From Malacoraja senta (lineage: Eukaryota): a stretch of 64,000 nucleotides of DNA. The stretch is taken from assembly GCA_038087875.1 (NCBI GenBank), contig JAXLNO010002790.1, positions 372,001 to 436,000 of the forward strand. The letters are read 5' to 3'. Made by a program: the position numbers and the translations under genes. The first letter of the stretch is position 1; the number at the start of each line of letters is the position of its first letter. The notes beneath the pieces were generated by a model. That model made no database searches. It saw only the letters and a program-made list of their open reading frames with translations, and was not told the DNA's origin. Positions 24,291 through 37,245 of this stretch are shown here, one piece after another.

Positions 24291-26750
24291 AATATGAGAG
24301 TTAATGTGTTTTTGTACTTTTAAATCTTTTTATCCTGTCTTTTATTGTATACAACTGAAGGAGATGCACTGAAATTTCGTTGTACAGTTGCTGTGCAATG
24401 ACAATAAAACGTATTGTATTCGATTCTGCTGATTTGCATTTGTTGTTGTATTTATAGGTGTATCTTTCATTGCCATTTCCTGCTTGCTGTGTAAACTTCA
24501 TCTGAATAAGGAAATGATTTGCAACCTATATATATATATAACCATTAACTAATCTGAATTTGACTAATTTATTATTTTGACATAAAATGGCATAACCTCT
24601 GTACTCTCTTACACAACTAGATATCTTTTAACTGTATCATTAAGTCTGGCGCTGATCCCAGCAATCACTTGAAAGAGATTGTGGCCATCTTTAAGGGTGA
24701 TCAATCCATTGTGCAGCCCCTTTCAAGATGTTCTTTGGGAAAGAGACTTTTAAAATTGGTTTCTTTTTTTTTTCCATTCCAATGAAGAGTCCTTGACCTG
24801 AAAAGTCAATTTTGTCTCACTCTCTGATCACCTTAAACTTTCTTTGGTTTAAAGAGATTCAGCATAATATACTGAGAAAGCACCTTGACTGGTGGCGTAA
24901 TTGTATTGTGTGGCAATTCCAACACAGGAGGCTGTAGAGGGTGGTGGCCTCATCCCGATCTATCAGTGGAACAACACATCTCACCATAGAAAGTATCTAT
25001 ATGAATCATCTCAAGTATGTGCCATCTGTCATCGTCCATGTCCACTTCTTACTGCTTCCGACAGGCTGAAGGCTCACACAACCAGCTTCAAACCAGCTAC
25101 TTTCCCACAACTTTCAGGTGTTTGAACCAACCTGCATAACCCTAATCCTGACTTGGCAACGGAACATTTCGGACCACTTCTTGCACCACCATTAATTCGT
25201 TTTTCTCATTGTGAACACTGATGTCCTGCTTTTCATATATTTTTTATTATTGTTCTTGCCTTTCACCTCTTGAGGAGGAAGTCAGAAATGTTCTCATAGA
25301 AGTTCAAGACACAGTTTTACTCCGTGCTGTTCATGATGTCAATGGCCAAACAAAATAACTTTTACTGAATACTTTAATTTTTATAAAAATAAGTGCAAAG
25401 TTTATTTCGTCTGATGAATGGTCTGATGACTTGTTGCACACGGAACAGGAGTGCGTGTAGAATGAATGGGTGTGGCATTAGATAAGGAGGACAGCGAAAC
25501 TGGGAGGAGACGACTTCTCAATCAATGTTTGAAGCATTCATTCGTGCTAAATGTGACCAGGTAATATCAACAGCAATCTGTCTCCTGCAGATAATGTCAA
25601 AGCTTCTCGACATCAATGAAAAGAAAATAATTGCAAATCGCAGGTAATTCAACGCCGTCGCGAACTCGTTTATGTTATTATGTTTTAGAATCAAATAAAC
25701 TGTTCGTGCCTGAGAAAACTACCTCGCGATAAAAGCAGATACAAGGAACCACAGATGCTGGTTGACAAAGAAAAAGACACGAAGTGCTGGAGTAACTCAG
25801 CGGGTCAGGCAGGCAGCATCTCTGGAGAACTTGGATAGGCGATGAATCTGGTCGGGACCCTTCTTCAGACTGAGTGTGGCGTGGAGGGGGTTTTGGAGGG
25901 GTAGATATTAGTATCTTTGGTAGATATTGGTGCCCCTAGAAACAGAATTTCCGACCAACCACCACAACCTCTCCAACCACCACAATCAGTCTGAAGAAGG
26001 GACTCGACGACAAACTCCATCTTATCGATGTTCTCCAGAGATGCCGCCAGATAAAAGCTGCGGCTTTGAACTCTCGGAAGTAAACTGTTTGATGGAGGGC
26101 TGATTCATAGAACTATTATTTCATGTGTTTTCGACAATATTTAAATCACGGGGCAGATCATAGATTGACTTTCACGATGAATGGCGTAACGCGAAATCAA
26201 TATCACAGGTTGATCAATAAATCCGACGACAGGCGGAGAATTGCGGAGGTTGCGTGCGGATGTTTTACCCGGTGTCTTCATGGGTTCAGGGACCAGAATA
26301 TTAGACTATATTGACATTGGAACAAAGTGCAAAACTTGAGAGCTTCAGCAGAAATCATGTAACGAGACGGCCGGTGACCATTTTCTAACAGAACACTGTA
26401 CTTAACGTAGAGAAGAGACAATTACATACGAAACGTAACTAACTTCATACCAAAGATACTCCTCCAGTCCTTTGCCACAGTTCTTGGTTCTTGGTTTCTT
26501 GGTCCTCCAAAATATTCCAAATGGAATTTAAACTGGAGGTGGTGATGGGAGGACTTAAGCCAGAAAGGGTTTTTGGGAAGAAAGAGCTACCTTAAATTTA
26601 GTTGCATCTGGTTGGGTAACTATGGTAGGGTGAAGTTTTACTCCCACTGTCATTTTGTAAAGTTAACGTGTGAAGCCACGGGCGGAAACTCTCGAGCTCC
26701 TAATTGTTTTCATAGTTGTAGATGTACACGGGAGTGCGGGGGCCTCCAAC

Positions 26751-26852
26751 ATGGACAAACAAGCTACAAAAATAACCACTAATGTCGGACGATTCCTGAT
26801 TGTGGCGTTGCTGGCACTGGCATTGGTATTTCTAAACTTGCGACATATAAAG
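26751..26852 (+). CDS. NXPE3: NXPE3-like gene, coding exon 1 (type II signal-anchor)
   Basis: Strong Kozak aacATGg; MDKQATKITTNVGRFLIVALLALALVFLNLRHIK contains a hydrophobic TM segment; phase-0 donor AAG|gtgagt; upstream acceptor ttttcatag| at 26715. Confidence 0.75.
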
Positions 26853-26974
26853 GTGAGTAGAAAGATAAAACTAAAGGGCCTGTCCCACCAGCATGCGACT
26901 GCATGCGTCTAGCGCCACCTAACGTGGTGACTTGAGGCGTACGGCCGCGCGGGGCCGGTCCCACTTCCAACCGC

Positions 26975-27245
26975 GGGGCCGTGTGGAGTTGTGCGAGGCC
27001 GTGTGGAGTTGTGCGGGGCCGTGTGGAGTTGTGCGGGGCCGTGTGGAGTTGTGCGGGGCCGTGTGGAGTTGTGCGGGGCCGTGTGGCGTTGTGCGGGGCC
27101 GTGTGGAGTTGTGCGGGGCCGTGTGGGGCCGTGCGGAGTTGTGCGGGGCCGTGCGGGGCCGTGCGGAGTTGTGCGGGGCCGTGCGGAGTTGTGCGGGGCC
27201 GTGTGGAGTTGTACGGGGCCGTGTGGAGTTGTGCGGGGCCGGTCC
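26975..27245. repeat. GC-rich 20-bp minisatellite (ggggccgtgtggagttgtgc)n in the MITE
   Basis: About 13 near-identical tandem units; accounts for the repetitive ORFs at 26909-27433. Confidence 0.93.
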
Positions 27246-27361
27246 GGTCCCGACATCAAACATCAATCAGCTGGGCAGGAGGCGGGCCGACTGAATCTGG
27301 ACGTCGCACGGCGTCGGGCTATGACGTCAAGACGCTGCGTTCGGCGTCAAGACGCTGCGTA

Positions 27362-28920
27362 CATAGAAACATAGACAATAGGTGCAGGAGGAGGCCATTC
27401 GGCCCTTCGAGCCAGCACCGCCATTCAATATGATCATGGCTGATCATCCAACTCAGTATCCTGTACCTGCTTTCTCTCCATACCCCCTGATCCCTTTAGC
27501 CACAAGGGCCACATCTAACTCCCTCTTAAATATAGCCAATGAACTGGCCTCAACTACCTTCTGTGGCAGAGAATTCCACAGATTCACCACTCTCTGTGTA
27601 AAAAATGATTTTCTCATCTCGGTCCTAAAAGATTTCCCCCTTATCCTTAAACTGTGACCCCTTGTTCTGGACTTCACCAACATTGGGAACAATCTTCCTG
27701 CATCTAGCCTGTCAAACCCCTTAAGAATTTTGTAAGTTTCTATAAGATCCCCCCTCAGTCTTCTAAATTCTAGCGAGTACAAGCCGAGTCTATCCACTCT
27801 TTCTTCATGTGAGTCCTGCCATCCCAGGAATCAGTCTGGTGAACCTTCTCTGTACTCCCTCTATGGCAAGAATGTCTTTCCTCAGACTAGAAGACCGAAA
27901 CTACGCAATACTGCAGGTGTGGTCTCATCAAGACCCTGTACAACTGCAGTAGAACCTCCCTGCTCCTATACTCAAATCCTTTTGCTATGAATGCTAACAT
28001 ACCATTCGCTTTCTTCACTGCCTGCTGCACCTGCATGCCTACTTTCAATGACTGGTATACCATGACACCCAGGTCTCGTTGCATCTCCCCTTTTCCTAAT
28101 CGGCCACCATTTAGATAATGGTCTTCTTTCCTGTTTTTGACACCAAAGTGGATAACCTCACATTTATCCACATTATACTGCATCTGCCATGCATTTGCCC
28201 ACTCACCCAGCCTATCCAAGTCACCTTGCAGCCTCCTAGCATCCTCCTCACAGCTAACTCTGTCCCCCAGCTTTGTGTCATCCGCAAACTTGGAGATGTT
28301 GCATTCAATTCCCTCGTCCAAATCGATAATATATATTGTAAATAGCTGGGGTCCCAGCACTGAGCCTTGCGGTACCCCACTAGTAGAGCCTGCCATACCG
28401 AAAAGGACCTGTTTACTCCTACTCTTTGCTTCCTGTCTGCCAGCCAGTTCTCTATCCACATAAATACTGAACCCCCAATACCTTGTGCTTTAAGTTTGTA
28501 TACTAATCTCTTATGTGGCACCTTGTCGAAAGCCTTCTCAAAGTCCAGATATAACACATCCACTGGTACTCCCTTATCCACTCTACTAGTTACATCCTCG
28601 AAAAATTCTATAAGATTCACCACTTTCCAAATGTGCTGCTATCCCATCTTTAATAACTGACTCTAGCAGTTTCCCCACTACCGATGTTAGACTAACTGGT
28701 CTGTAATTCCCCGCTTTCTCTCTCCCTCCCTTTTTAAAAAGTGGGGTTACATTAGCTACCCTCCAATCCTCAGGAACTACTCCAGAATCTAAAGAGTTTT
28801 GAAAAATTATCACTAATGCATCCACTATTTCTGGGGCTACTTCCTTAAGTACTCTGGGATGCAGCCTATCTGGCCCTGGGGATTTATCGGCCTTTAATCC
28901 ATTCAATTTACCTAACACCA
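27362..28920 (-). mobile_element. CR1 LINE fragment (same subfamily as 9230-11040) with internal deletions
   Basis: Minus-strand ORFs 28586-28921, 28111-28623, 27887-28459 and 27453-27797 carry CR1 RT motifs; tail acatagaaacatag at 27362. Confidence 0.92.
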
Positions 28921-29246
28921 CGGCGTCAAGATTCTGCGTGCGTCGTGGTGGTGGTGCGTGCGGCGTTGAGGCGGTGTGTGCGGCCTCATTGCGGCAACGG
29001 ACCAGCAGGACTTTGCCGCACGGAATTTTTGAACACTGTCAGTTTTACGGAGCCCCGTGCGATGTCGGGACCAGCTCCGCACAACTCCATACGGCTCCGG
29101 CGATCGAAGTAGGACCGGCCCCGCGAGGCCGCACGGCTAGCGTGACCACGTTAGGTCGCACTAGCTGCATGCAGTCCCATGCTCGTGGGACAGGCCCTTA
29201 ACGCCCATGCCACCACGCATTAAATTGATAACTGTGAAAAATAGAA

Positions 29247-29283
29247 AGATTAAACGAGAACTTACCGTTTGAAGTTTGATCTT
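29247..29283 (-). mobile_element. Isolated DIRS terminal fragment
   Basis: aagattaaacgagaacttaccgtttgaagtttgatct matches the DIRS end at 54075-54113. Confidence 0.65.
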
Positions 29284-29500
29284 GAAGTGCCAGATGGGCA
29301 TCAGCCTGGGTTGGGATGTAGACCGCGGTCAGGATCATGGAGGTGAATTCCCTCAGTAGGTAGAAGGAATGGCACTTCACAGCCAGGTGTTCCAGGTGTG
29401 GAGAGCAGGAGTTGGACAGGACTGCCACGTCTGAGCACCACACAGAGTTGTAGTAGGATAGTAGGGAGAGGGGATCGAAGTCACCTGCGCTTCAGTCTGA
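29283..29500 (-). mobile_element. Rex1-like APE endonuclease fragment
   Basis: CSPHLEHLAVKC..FYLLREFTSMILTAVYIP. Confidence 0.7.
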
Positions 29501-30679
29501 CCTGAAATCCTGCCCGTCGGCCATGTTTCCGGACACAATTTAGCAATGTTACAAAATTTTGAGATTTTAAAAATCAAGTCTGCAATTTATCCCATCAGAT
29601 AACACATAAAAAGAAGTTTAATTTGACACCTAATTCACCATATCTTCAATATTAACAAAGTTATGGCCATTTTCATACTGGGAAATTACCATCTTGTTCC
29701 CTATTGCTTTTGCATTGACAACACAAAAGCTGTGATCGAGGACAGTCAAAAGCCCATAACTTTCTTAAAAATTAAGAGAACTGAATGCAATTTTCAGTTA
29801 TTATAGATTGAAGCATTCTGAAACAAGTGAAAACATCTTACTTGGATGACCTGAAATTAAAGCATATAATTAGTTAATTACCTAATTGTAGTCAATTACA
29901 AAATTGACCTTTGTGACGGAAATAGTAATAAACACCCAGACTGCCTTGAAAATTCAAAAATGATATTCTCAAGATCAGAACTTTAATATTATTGTATTAT
30001 ATGCTGTAAGTCCGTAACAGATAGGTAAATAAATTGCAATTTCTAGCAATAGACCAAGTCTTTATGAAGAAGATCAGTTGCTAGCTGGTACATTGGCATA
30101 TCATAATCAGTAGCATCATCATACTCCTCAGATTGTAACTCTGTACACCTTGTTTTTCCTCAACTTTTCAATTTTGGCATTGTAAACTACAAGTTTTTGC
30201 TCTTCAAACCACGCATGACATGCCTTTCTGCCCACTACTCTCCCATTAAGAATGTCCTGTAGATTCCATTTCTTAAGAAAAGGATATTTTTTAAAAATAG
30301 CCTAAGTATCCAAATAACAAACTAATCCCAGTCACACAAGAATTCACAATATAACATGATTTTTAAATCTCACTGTCATGAATTCATATGCCAGATGGAA
30401 GGAATTTGAAGTTTAATTCCCATAAATTAATCTAGAAACATCCACTCAATATAATCAAAAAAAATATTTTTTTGCACAATACATGGGACTAAAACTGATA
30501 TTTAGTATAAAAATATTGACTATGGGTAGACAACACAAAATATAGACTATTTAGATTGTCCATTATGGCACTGATTTCTGCTGTTTCTCTGATCCAGGTG
30601 AGTTGAGTGAAGCTATAAATAATTCTCTTCTGTTGAGCTGCTGGCAAAATGTCGCCACAGGCAGGCGCCATCTTTTACG

Positions 30680-31710
30680 GGTACCTTTCTGAATGGCAGG
30701 CAGTGACTAGTGGGGTACCGCAAGGCTCGGTGCTGGGACCGCAGCTATTTAAAATATATATTAATGATTTGGATAAAGGGATTAAAAGTAACATTAGCAA
30801 ATTTGCAGATGACAAAAAGCTGGGTGTGGACTGTGAGGAGGATGCTATGAGGATGCAGGGTGACTTGGACAGGTTGGGTGATTGGGCAAATGCAGTTTAA
30901 TGTGGATAAATGTGAGGTTATCCACTTTGTTGGCAAAAACAGGGAGGCAGATTATTATCTAAATGGTGCCATGTTGAGAAAAGGGGAAGTACAACGAGAT
31001 CTGGGGGTCCTTGTTCATCACTCACTGGAAGTAAGCATGCAGGTACAGCAGGAAGAGAAGAAAACGAATGGCATGTTGGTCTTCATAACAAGAGGAGTTG
31101 AGTATAGGAGCAAAGAGGTCCTCCTGCAGTTGTACAGGGCCCTGGTGAGACCAGACCTGGAGTATTGTGTGCAGTTTTGGTCTACAAACTTGAGGAACGA
31201 CATTCTTGCTATTGAGGGAGTGCAGTGTAGGTTCACAAGGTTAATTCCCGGGATGGCAGGACTGTCATATGTTGATAGATTGGAGCAGCTGGGCTTGTAT
31301 ACTCTGGAATTTAGAAGGATGAGAGGATATCTTATTGAAACATATAAGATAATATGGGTTTGGACACATTGAAGGCAGGAAACATGTTCCAAATGTTTGG
31401 GGAGTCCAGAATCAGGGGCCAGAGTTTAAGAATAAGTGGTGAGCCATTTAGAACATAGATGAGAAAAAACTTTTTCACACAGTGAGTTGTTAGTGTGTGG
31501 AATTCACTGCCTCAGAGTCGGTGGAGGCTGGTTCTCCGGATGCTTTCAAGAAAGAGTTAGATAGAGCTCTTAGGGATAGCGAAATTAAGGGATATGGAGA
31601 GAAGGCAGGAATGGGGTACTGATTGTGGAAGATTAGCCATGGTCACATTGAATGGCAGAGCTGACTGGAAGGGCCGAATGGCCTACTCCTGCGCCTATTG
31701 TCTATCTTTT
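30680..31710 (+). mobile_element. CR1 LINE 3' fragment
   Basis: [26 protein letters not shown] motifs; CR1 3' UTR. Confidence 0.9.
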
Positions 31711-31949
31711 TTGTTTGTTTATGATTTAATCTATTGAGTACTGTGTTGCAAACCTGTTGTGCTGCTGCTGCCAGTAAGAATGTCATTGTTCCGTTCTAAT
31801 ACATATGACAAGAAAACATTCTTGAATCTTGAATAATAATATTCTAATCATGTTGTAAAAATTCTGTGATTGAAACTAATGTCTTGATGATTATAAATGC
31901 TGTAAAACTATTTGAAAAAAAAATTCATTGAATTTGCTGTTTTCCATAG

Positions 31950-32737
31950 TTCGTGCAATTTTCAATTTCCGGAGCAAAGACGGTGTGGATCAGATACCCA
32001 GCTCGGAAGAATCATTCCACACTACAGCAGGAAGTAAAAATGCCAAAGACTGATTGGATCCACAAGCTGGTGAAGTATGGCTATCAGAATCATAGCTTCA
32101 CCCTTGAAGAAAGAACAGAGGGTACAATACTGATGAAAATGATTGAATGGCCAATGCCTCCCGATCCCAGTGTGCCCTTTAGGAAAAGCACCGACCCATT
32201 GCATACTTGCTTTATCATTTTAAATTCTGAGAAGACTTTCCACGTTGGCGATCAATTGCAAGTGATGCTGCGAATGTTTGACTTTGATGGAAATCCAAAA
32301 CAATATGGAGGTGGCTATCTGCAAGCGCGGATTCACACCCCAGAGTTAAAGGCTGGTTCAGCAGGAACAGTTATAGATAACCAAAATGGATATTATTACA
32401 TTAATTTTACTTTATCCTGGCCGGGAAAAGTCCAAGTGTCAGTTTCCCTAATTCATCCCAGTGAAGGGATCAAAGTACTAAAACGGCTGCGTGAAGAACG
32501 ACCAGATCGAATTTATATCAAAAGCACTTTCAAGGCTGGAGCAATTTCAAAGACTACTGTTTGCAATGTGTTTTTAACTCCAACTAAACCACTATGTAAC
32601 TTTACTGATCTCAGAACAGGAGAGCCTTGGTTCTGTTACAAACCAGAAAATCTTCCGTGTTCTACTCAAATCTATCATGCTGGACGTGGATATATAACAG
32701 ATGTTTTAATCGGAGAAGAGAGGCTGTTTATCCAAAG
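31950..32737 (+). CDS. NXPE3: NXPE3-like gene, coding exon 2 (Ig-like/N-terminal region, 788 nt)
   Basis: Acceptor tttccatag|TTC (phase 0), donor CAAAG|gtattc (phase 2). NXPE motifs STDP..F.ILN, GDQL.V, GNPKQYGG.YLQARIH, G.V.D.QNG.Y, SL.HPSEG, CNFTDLRTGEPWFCYKP..LPC. Confidence 0.93.
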
Positions 32738-33099
32738 GTATTCCACCTACATTTTATCTTTTATATTTTGATATTTCCATTTAGTGTTTTCTGTTTTTAT
32801 TTCACATATCTAGCAGCTGCAGCTTTTTGCTTTTAAGTTACAATTCATTTTGGTTCTTTATTTATGGAGTTCTTATTGATTTATAGTATTTATTAACTTA
32901 TTAATAAACATTTAGGTAGTCCAGTTTCCTCTCGTCTCCCAAGTACACGCTGGTTGGTAGGTCAGTTGCTTATTATTAAGGCTGCCTTAAAACACATAAA
33001 GGTGGATAATCCCTGGAGCCTGACTGAGTGTATCCTAGAACATTGTGGGATGGGAGGAAATAAATTTCAGGGGTTCGGGCAGAGATATTTAGTTCATCA

Positions 33100-33720
33100 T
33101 TAACCATAGGTAAGGTATCAGAAGACACAAGGGTAGCTAAAGTTGTGCCTTTATTTAAGGAGAGGATAGGCTAGGGAAGTTACTGAAGGGAATTCTGAGA
33201 GCTTGGATCCACCAGCATTCGGAAAGGCAAGGACTGATTTATGGATAGCCAGCATGGCTTTATGCATGGGAAATCGCATCTCCTAAATTTGATTGAGTTT
33301 TTTCAAGAGGTGCCAGAGGATTGACAAGGGTGGGTTAGTAGACATTGAAAGCAGGGTATTTAGTGAGGTCTTTGATGAGCTCCCACATGGTAGGCTGGTC
33401 TTCAGGTTAGATCACATAGGATCCAGGGTGAGCTAGCAAAATTGAATACCAATTGGCTTGGTGGTAGAAGTCAGAGAGTGATAGTGGAGAGTTGTTGATC
33501 AAATTGGTGGCCCTGTGACCCAGGGTATGCCACAGGGATCTCTTGTTTCTCAACTATATGATTTAGCTGAACGTGTATGTGGCATGGTTACTAAGATTAT
33601 GGATAAGACCAACATTTTTTGGTATAGTGAAGTGAAGAAGGTTATCTAAGATTACAACAGGATGTGTATTAGCTTGGGCTGGGGACTGACAGATGGAATT
33701 TAAGTCGGACAAGTGCTAAG
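33100..33720 (+). mobile_element. Highly decayed CR1 RT fragment
   Basis: Remnants of QHGF, DKVPHGRL and QGSVL coding sequence. Confidence 0.6.
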
Positions 33721-36129
33721 TATCTCACCCTGGAAAAAAGATTCTGATAATCTGGCCTATCATTATCTCTCATAAATTAATATAATTCTATATTTTTCTT
33801 GCGTATGGCGTGCACAGCCTAAAGTTGTAAGACAACTTGTTCTGTTTGATCTGTTTGTGCACGCCAGGTTGATTGCATTCGTTGAAACAGGGTGGACCAC
33901 GTGAAGGTTGCAATCTCCCACCCCAACATAATTCTCTCAGGTAGCCCGTCAGCTTCTGACATTCCAGAGAAAACAATCCAAGTTTGTCCAACCTTTTCTT
34001 ATAACCAATGGTCTTTATATTTAAATGATACTGTTATTTATATTTATGCTGCCAATGGGATGATATTATAATGAATGCTTCATGGTTCAGGTAAAATGTA
34101 TTTTTATTTTGTCTGTTTACCATTTTTCTCTACTCTCTATTTGGAGGGTACTTTTTACATGCAGGGTTCTGATCCATCCTGACAACATTGGTCTTATTAC
34201 ACATTTGTTACCTTGCACAACCATCTTGTAATTTGTCTTTGATTTTCTAAATGGTTCCTCAGTTGAACCCCCACTACCTTGGTCCACTCCTTGAATATTA
34301 TAGGGAGGTATTTTATTTTTCAGCACAAAGTTAAGTAAGCCTCTCCTTATGGAACTGGTTCCTTCTCCCTAGGTGTTTACAGCAATTAATATGCAGACCT
34401 GCATTTGCCCTCACAAGCCATGGATCTATCCAATGTGTTCACAAACAGAAGTAATCTCCATGGAGAGTGATGTCCGAACAATGCCACATTGTTGCTCCAA
34501 AACATTTCATAGTCTTTCTCACCACAATGTTGCACCTTATCACCAACAGACATCCAGTTGGAATGCAGCAAATCTAGTCTTTGCAGGGATACGTTTATAC
34601 TGGCAAACCCTTTTGACTGTTAATCACAGCCTTACTTTATTAACTTTGTTATCTGATCCCTCTGTCAAAGCAGGGAAGGTATACTGAGCACTGCTTGAGG
34701 TTGACTTGCAGAGTTTACGCTAACTCATCCAGTTTACCCTAACTTAACCCAACTAACAAGTTCTCTGCAACTCCTACTTGTTGTTAAGACATCTGCGTTG
34801 TAATGATGAGATGATCACTTGACATGTCCATCCAAGGATGCTTACTGAAACCTCTGCAATGTGGGGGCTCAATTGATGTGGTGACAAAGAAGGCACTGAC
34901 ACAACTCAATCTTTATTAATATTCACATCAGTTTTAAATGAGTTAAACTGTTATAAAGATAGTTAGATCTAGTCGTAGGGCTAAAGGAATCAAGGGATAT
35001 GGGGGAAAAGCAGCAAAGGGGTACTGATTTTAGATGATCAGCCATGATCATATCGAATGTTGGTGCTGGCTCGAAGGACCAAATGGCCTGCTCCTGCACC
35101 TATTTTCTATGTTTTCTATGTTCTATGTTTCTAAATGTACAGGCATTTAACTAAACCCATTCAACAAGAGCTTTGTAACTCTTAATCACCTAATTTACTG
35201 ATATAGCTTTTCCTATCTTGCTGCCCAATAATTGAAACAATACTTGGACTTGGATTCCAGATGTAAGATGAACTGGTTGGGAGTCCTTCAATGGGTTGTA
35301 ATCTTCTCTGAGTTAAGAAGTCAGGGTTCGCCTTCTGTGCCAGTTGTCCTCGAGTAATATCACTCCTGGTGTATGATGTTTCTTGATCTTTTCACATCAA
35401 TCTTCTAGAAGCCTGGGGGTCCTCAAATCCCAAATGAGACAATTGGAAATTGGAGCTTGGATTTGATTGCTTCTGACAATATTCTCACATGGGTATCATA
35501 ACTTAGTCTTCCTACATTGCTATTTCATCGTTTTAACCTGTACATCTGGTTATTCCTTATTGCCATAGTGATAAATCCCTTTTTCCTAAGTTTGATGCCT
35601 TCGTTACTATCGGATTTTCTTGCCTTAATAAAACTAAATGGTCACTGTTGTGTTTTCACTTCATTTTGCCTCTGAGCCTGGAAACCCTCTGAGAATGATG
35701 AGAAGATAGACTGTTACTTGCTTCTGCTTTTCCTTCTATCATGATTACAGTCTGTCCCACATAGTTTAATCGCCATCGATGTCCTTTTGCAACAGTTCCT
35801 GATTCTCTATTCTGTGTCAATATTCTTCCAGTTAAATTGTTGTTAATTATTTTGTTCTTCTCGGTAAACTTTATAGACCATGAGCTGAGCATGTGTGAAG
35901 TAATCAAATGGAAAATAATGTCCAGTCTATGTTTCACGTTTGAGACCCTGCATCAGTTTCAATCTGAGACGACTATCCCTTTGGCTCCACAGATCAGCTT
36001 GACCTGCTGAGTTCTTCCAGCAATTTATTTTTTTGTTCCAAATTCTGGCCTCTACCATCGCTTGTGACTACCCTCTGTTCTGGAATGATTATTTTCAACA
36101 ATTGTCTCACAATAACTTGCTTTGTAGAA

Positions 36130-36620
36130 GTTTAGTTGCTAGCCATGTGGTTACAATAGAGATACAGCTGCTCATACTTAACTACATTAAACTCCATTAG
36201 CAAGCCCTGGGCACATTTGCTCAGCTGATCAAGACCCGGCCATAGTTCTTGATAATCATCTTCATTGTTTATGAAACGACCTATTTTAGTATCATTTGCA
36301 AACTCGTTTATAATGCCTTGTACATTCTCATCCAAATCTCAAGCAGATGACAAACTGCGATGGACCCCATACTGATTCCTGAGGCACACCACTATTCACA
36401 GATCACCAGTCCAAAAAGCAACCTTCTACCACCATCTACTTCCTACCATGAAGCCAATTTTGTTTCCAGCTAGCTATCTCTCCCTGGATCCCGAGCGGTC
36501 TACTCTTCCAGAGCAGACGACCATTGGTTAACCTTCTACAAAGGCCTTGATAAAGTCTATATAGTCTACATCTACAACCCTGCCCTCATTAACCTTCATA
36601 GTTGTTTCTTCAAAAATCGT
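36130..36620 (-). mobile_element. Decayed CR1 RT fragment
   Basis: Minus ORF MDENVQGIINEFANDTKIG..LDQLSK..MEFNV resembles the CR1 FADD region. Confidence 0.65.
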
Positions 36621-37171
36621 ATCAAATTCAGTTGTTTCCATGGAACAGGAAACTGAGGGGTGATTTATTTGAGGTGGATTAAATTATGAAGGCCCTGGAG
36701 GAGGAAATAGAAAGTGACTCTTCTCTTAGCACCATAAATATTAAAATGAGTTACTGCAACAATTATTGGATATGAGTAGTTTTGTCACCCACATGTGCAT
36801 GCAAAATTGTGACCTGCCAGGCTTCGGACCTTGTTCTAGAGAAGTAGCTTTGCTTGAATTGTGAATAATCTCTGTTTATCCTCTAACCTGATGTTTTAGT
36901 TGTTAGTTACAGAGTCTGATATTTTAATAAAATCAATTGTTACCAGTAGAAATGTAATTTAACGTAGATCAATTTGGATTTAGATGGATTTGCTAAATTA
37001 CAGGTTCCATACTATTCAGAAGATGACATTTGAAGCTAAAATTGTGGAAGCTACATTAATTGCATTGGGCTAGGTTGGATAAGTAGATTATTTGTATGAC
37101 TTTCTTGGACTGTCCTTTGTATGCATTTTATATTGACACAGTGACTTAATGAATGGTATTAACATTTGCAG

Positions 37172-37245
37172 TAAAGTCAACGTCAACATGCCCATATTAC
37201 CCTGTGCCATGGGTTATATAATCGTAGAGCCGTCACCTCAACCAA
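37172..37245 (+). CDS. NXPE3: NXPE3-like gene, coding exon 3 (74 nt)
   Basis: tttgcag|T AAA GTC AAC GTC AAC ATG CCC...CCA A|gtaag gives (S)KVNVNMPILPCAMGYIIVEPSPQP. Phase 2 to 1 exactly bridges exons 2 and 4 and resembles the short 'GVNIKMP' exon of vertebrate NXPE3 as I recall it. Confidence 0.85.

Larger units (their letters stand above)
26875..29198. mobile_element. PIF/Harbinger-type MITE (same TIR family) interrupted by a CR1 LINE
   Basis: TAA|AGGGCCTGTCCCAC ... GTGGGACAGGCCCT|TAA; CR1 occupies 27362-28920. Confidence 0.82.

Noticed and set aside
25480-25643. Donor-like sites (ccag|gtaata at 25560, gcag|gtaatt at 25643) as NXPE3 5' UTR exons
   Set aside because: Plausible, but non-coding exons cannot be supported from sequence alone; the 30-nt gap between them is too short for an intron.
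26220-26310. 'FYP' motif as a possible MHC alpha3 exon
   Set aside because: No Ig-C1 cysteine/tryptophan spacing, an early stop and no suitable splice sites.
26909-27433. Long overlapping Cys/Gly- or Pro/His-rich ORFs, and a CRISPR-like look
   Set aside because: Translations of a 20-bp minisatellite with no unique spacers; the context is eukaryotic.
29500-30680. AT-rich block that looks like a non-autonomous DNA transposon
   Set aside because: I could not identify TIRs or a TSD, so no supported call.
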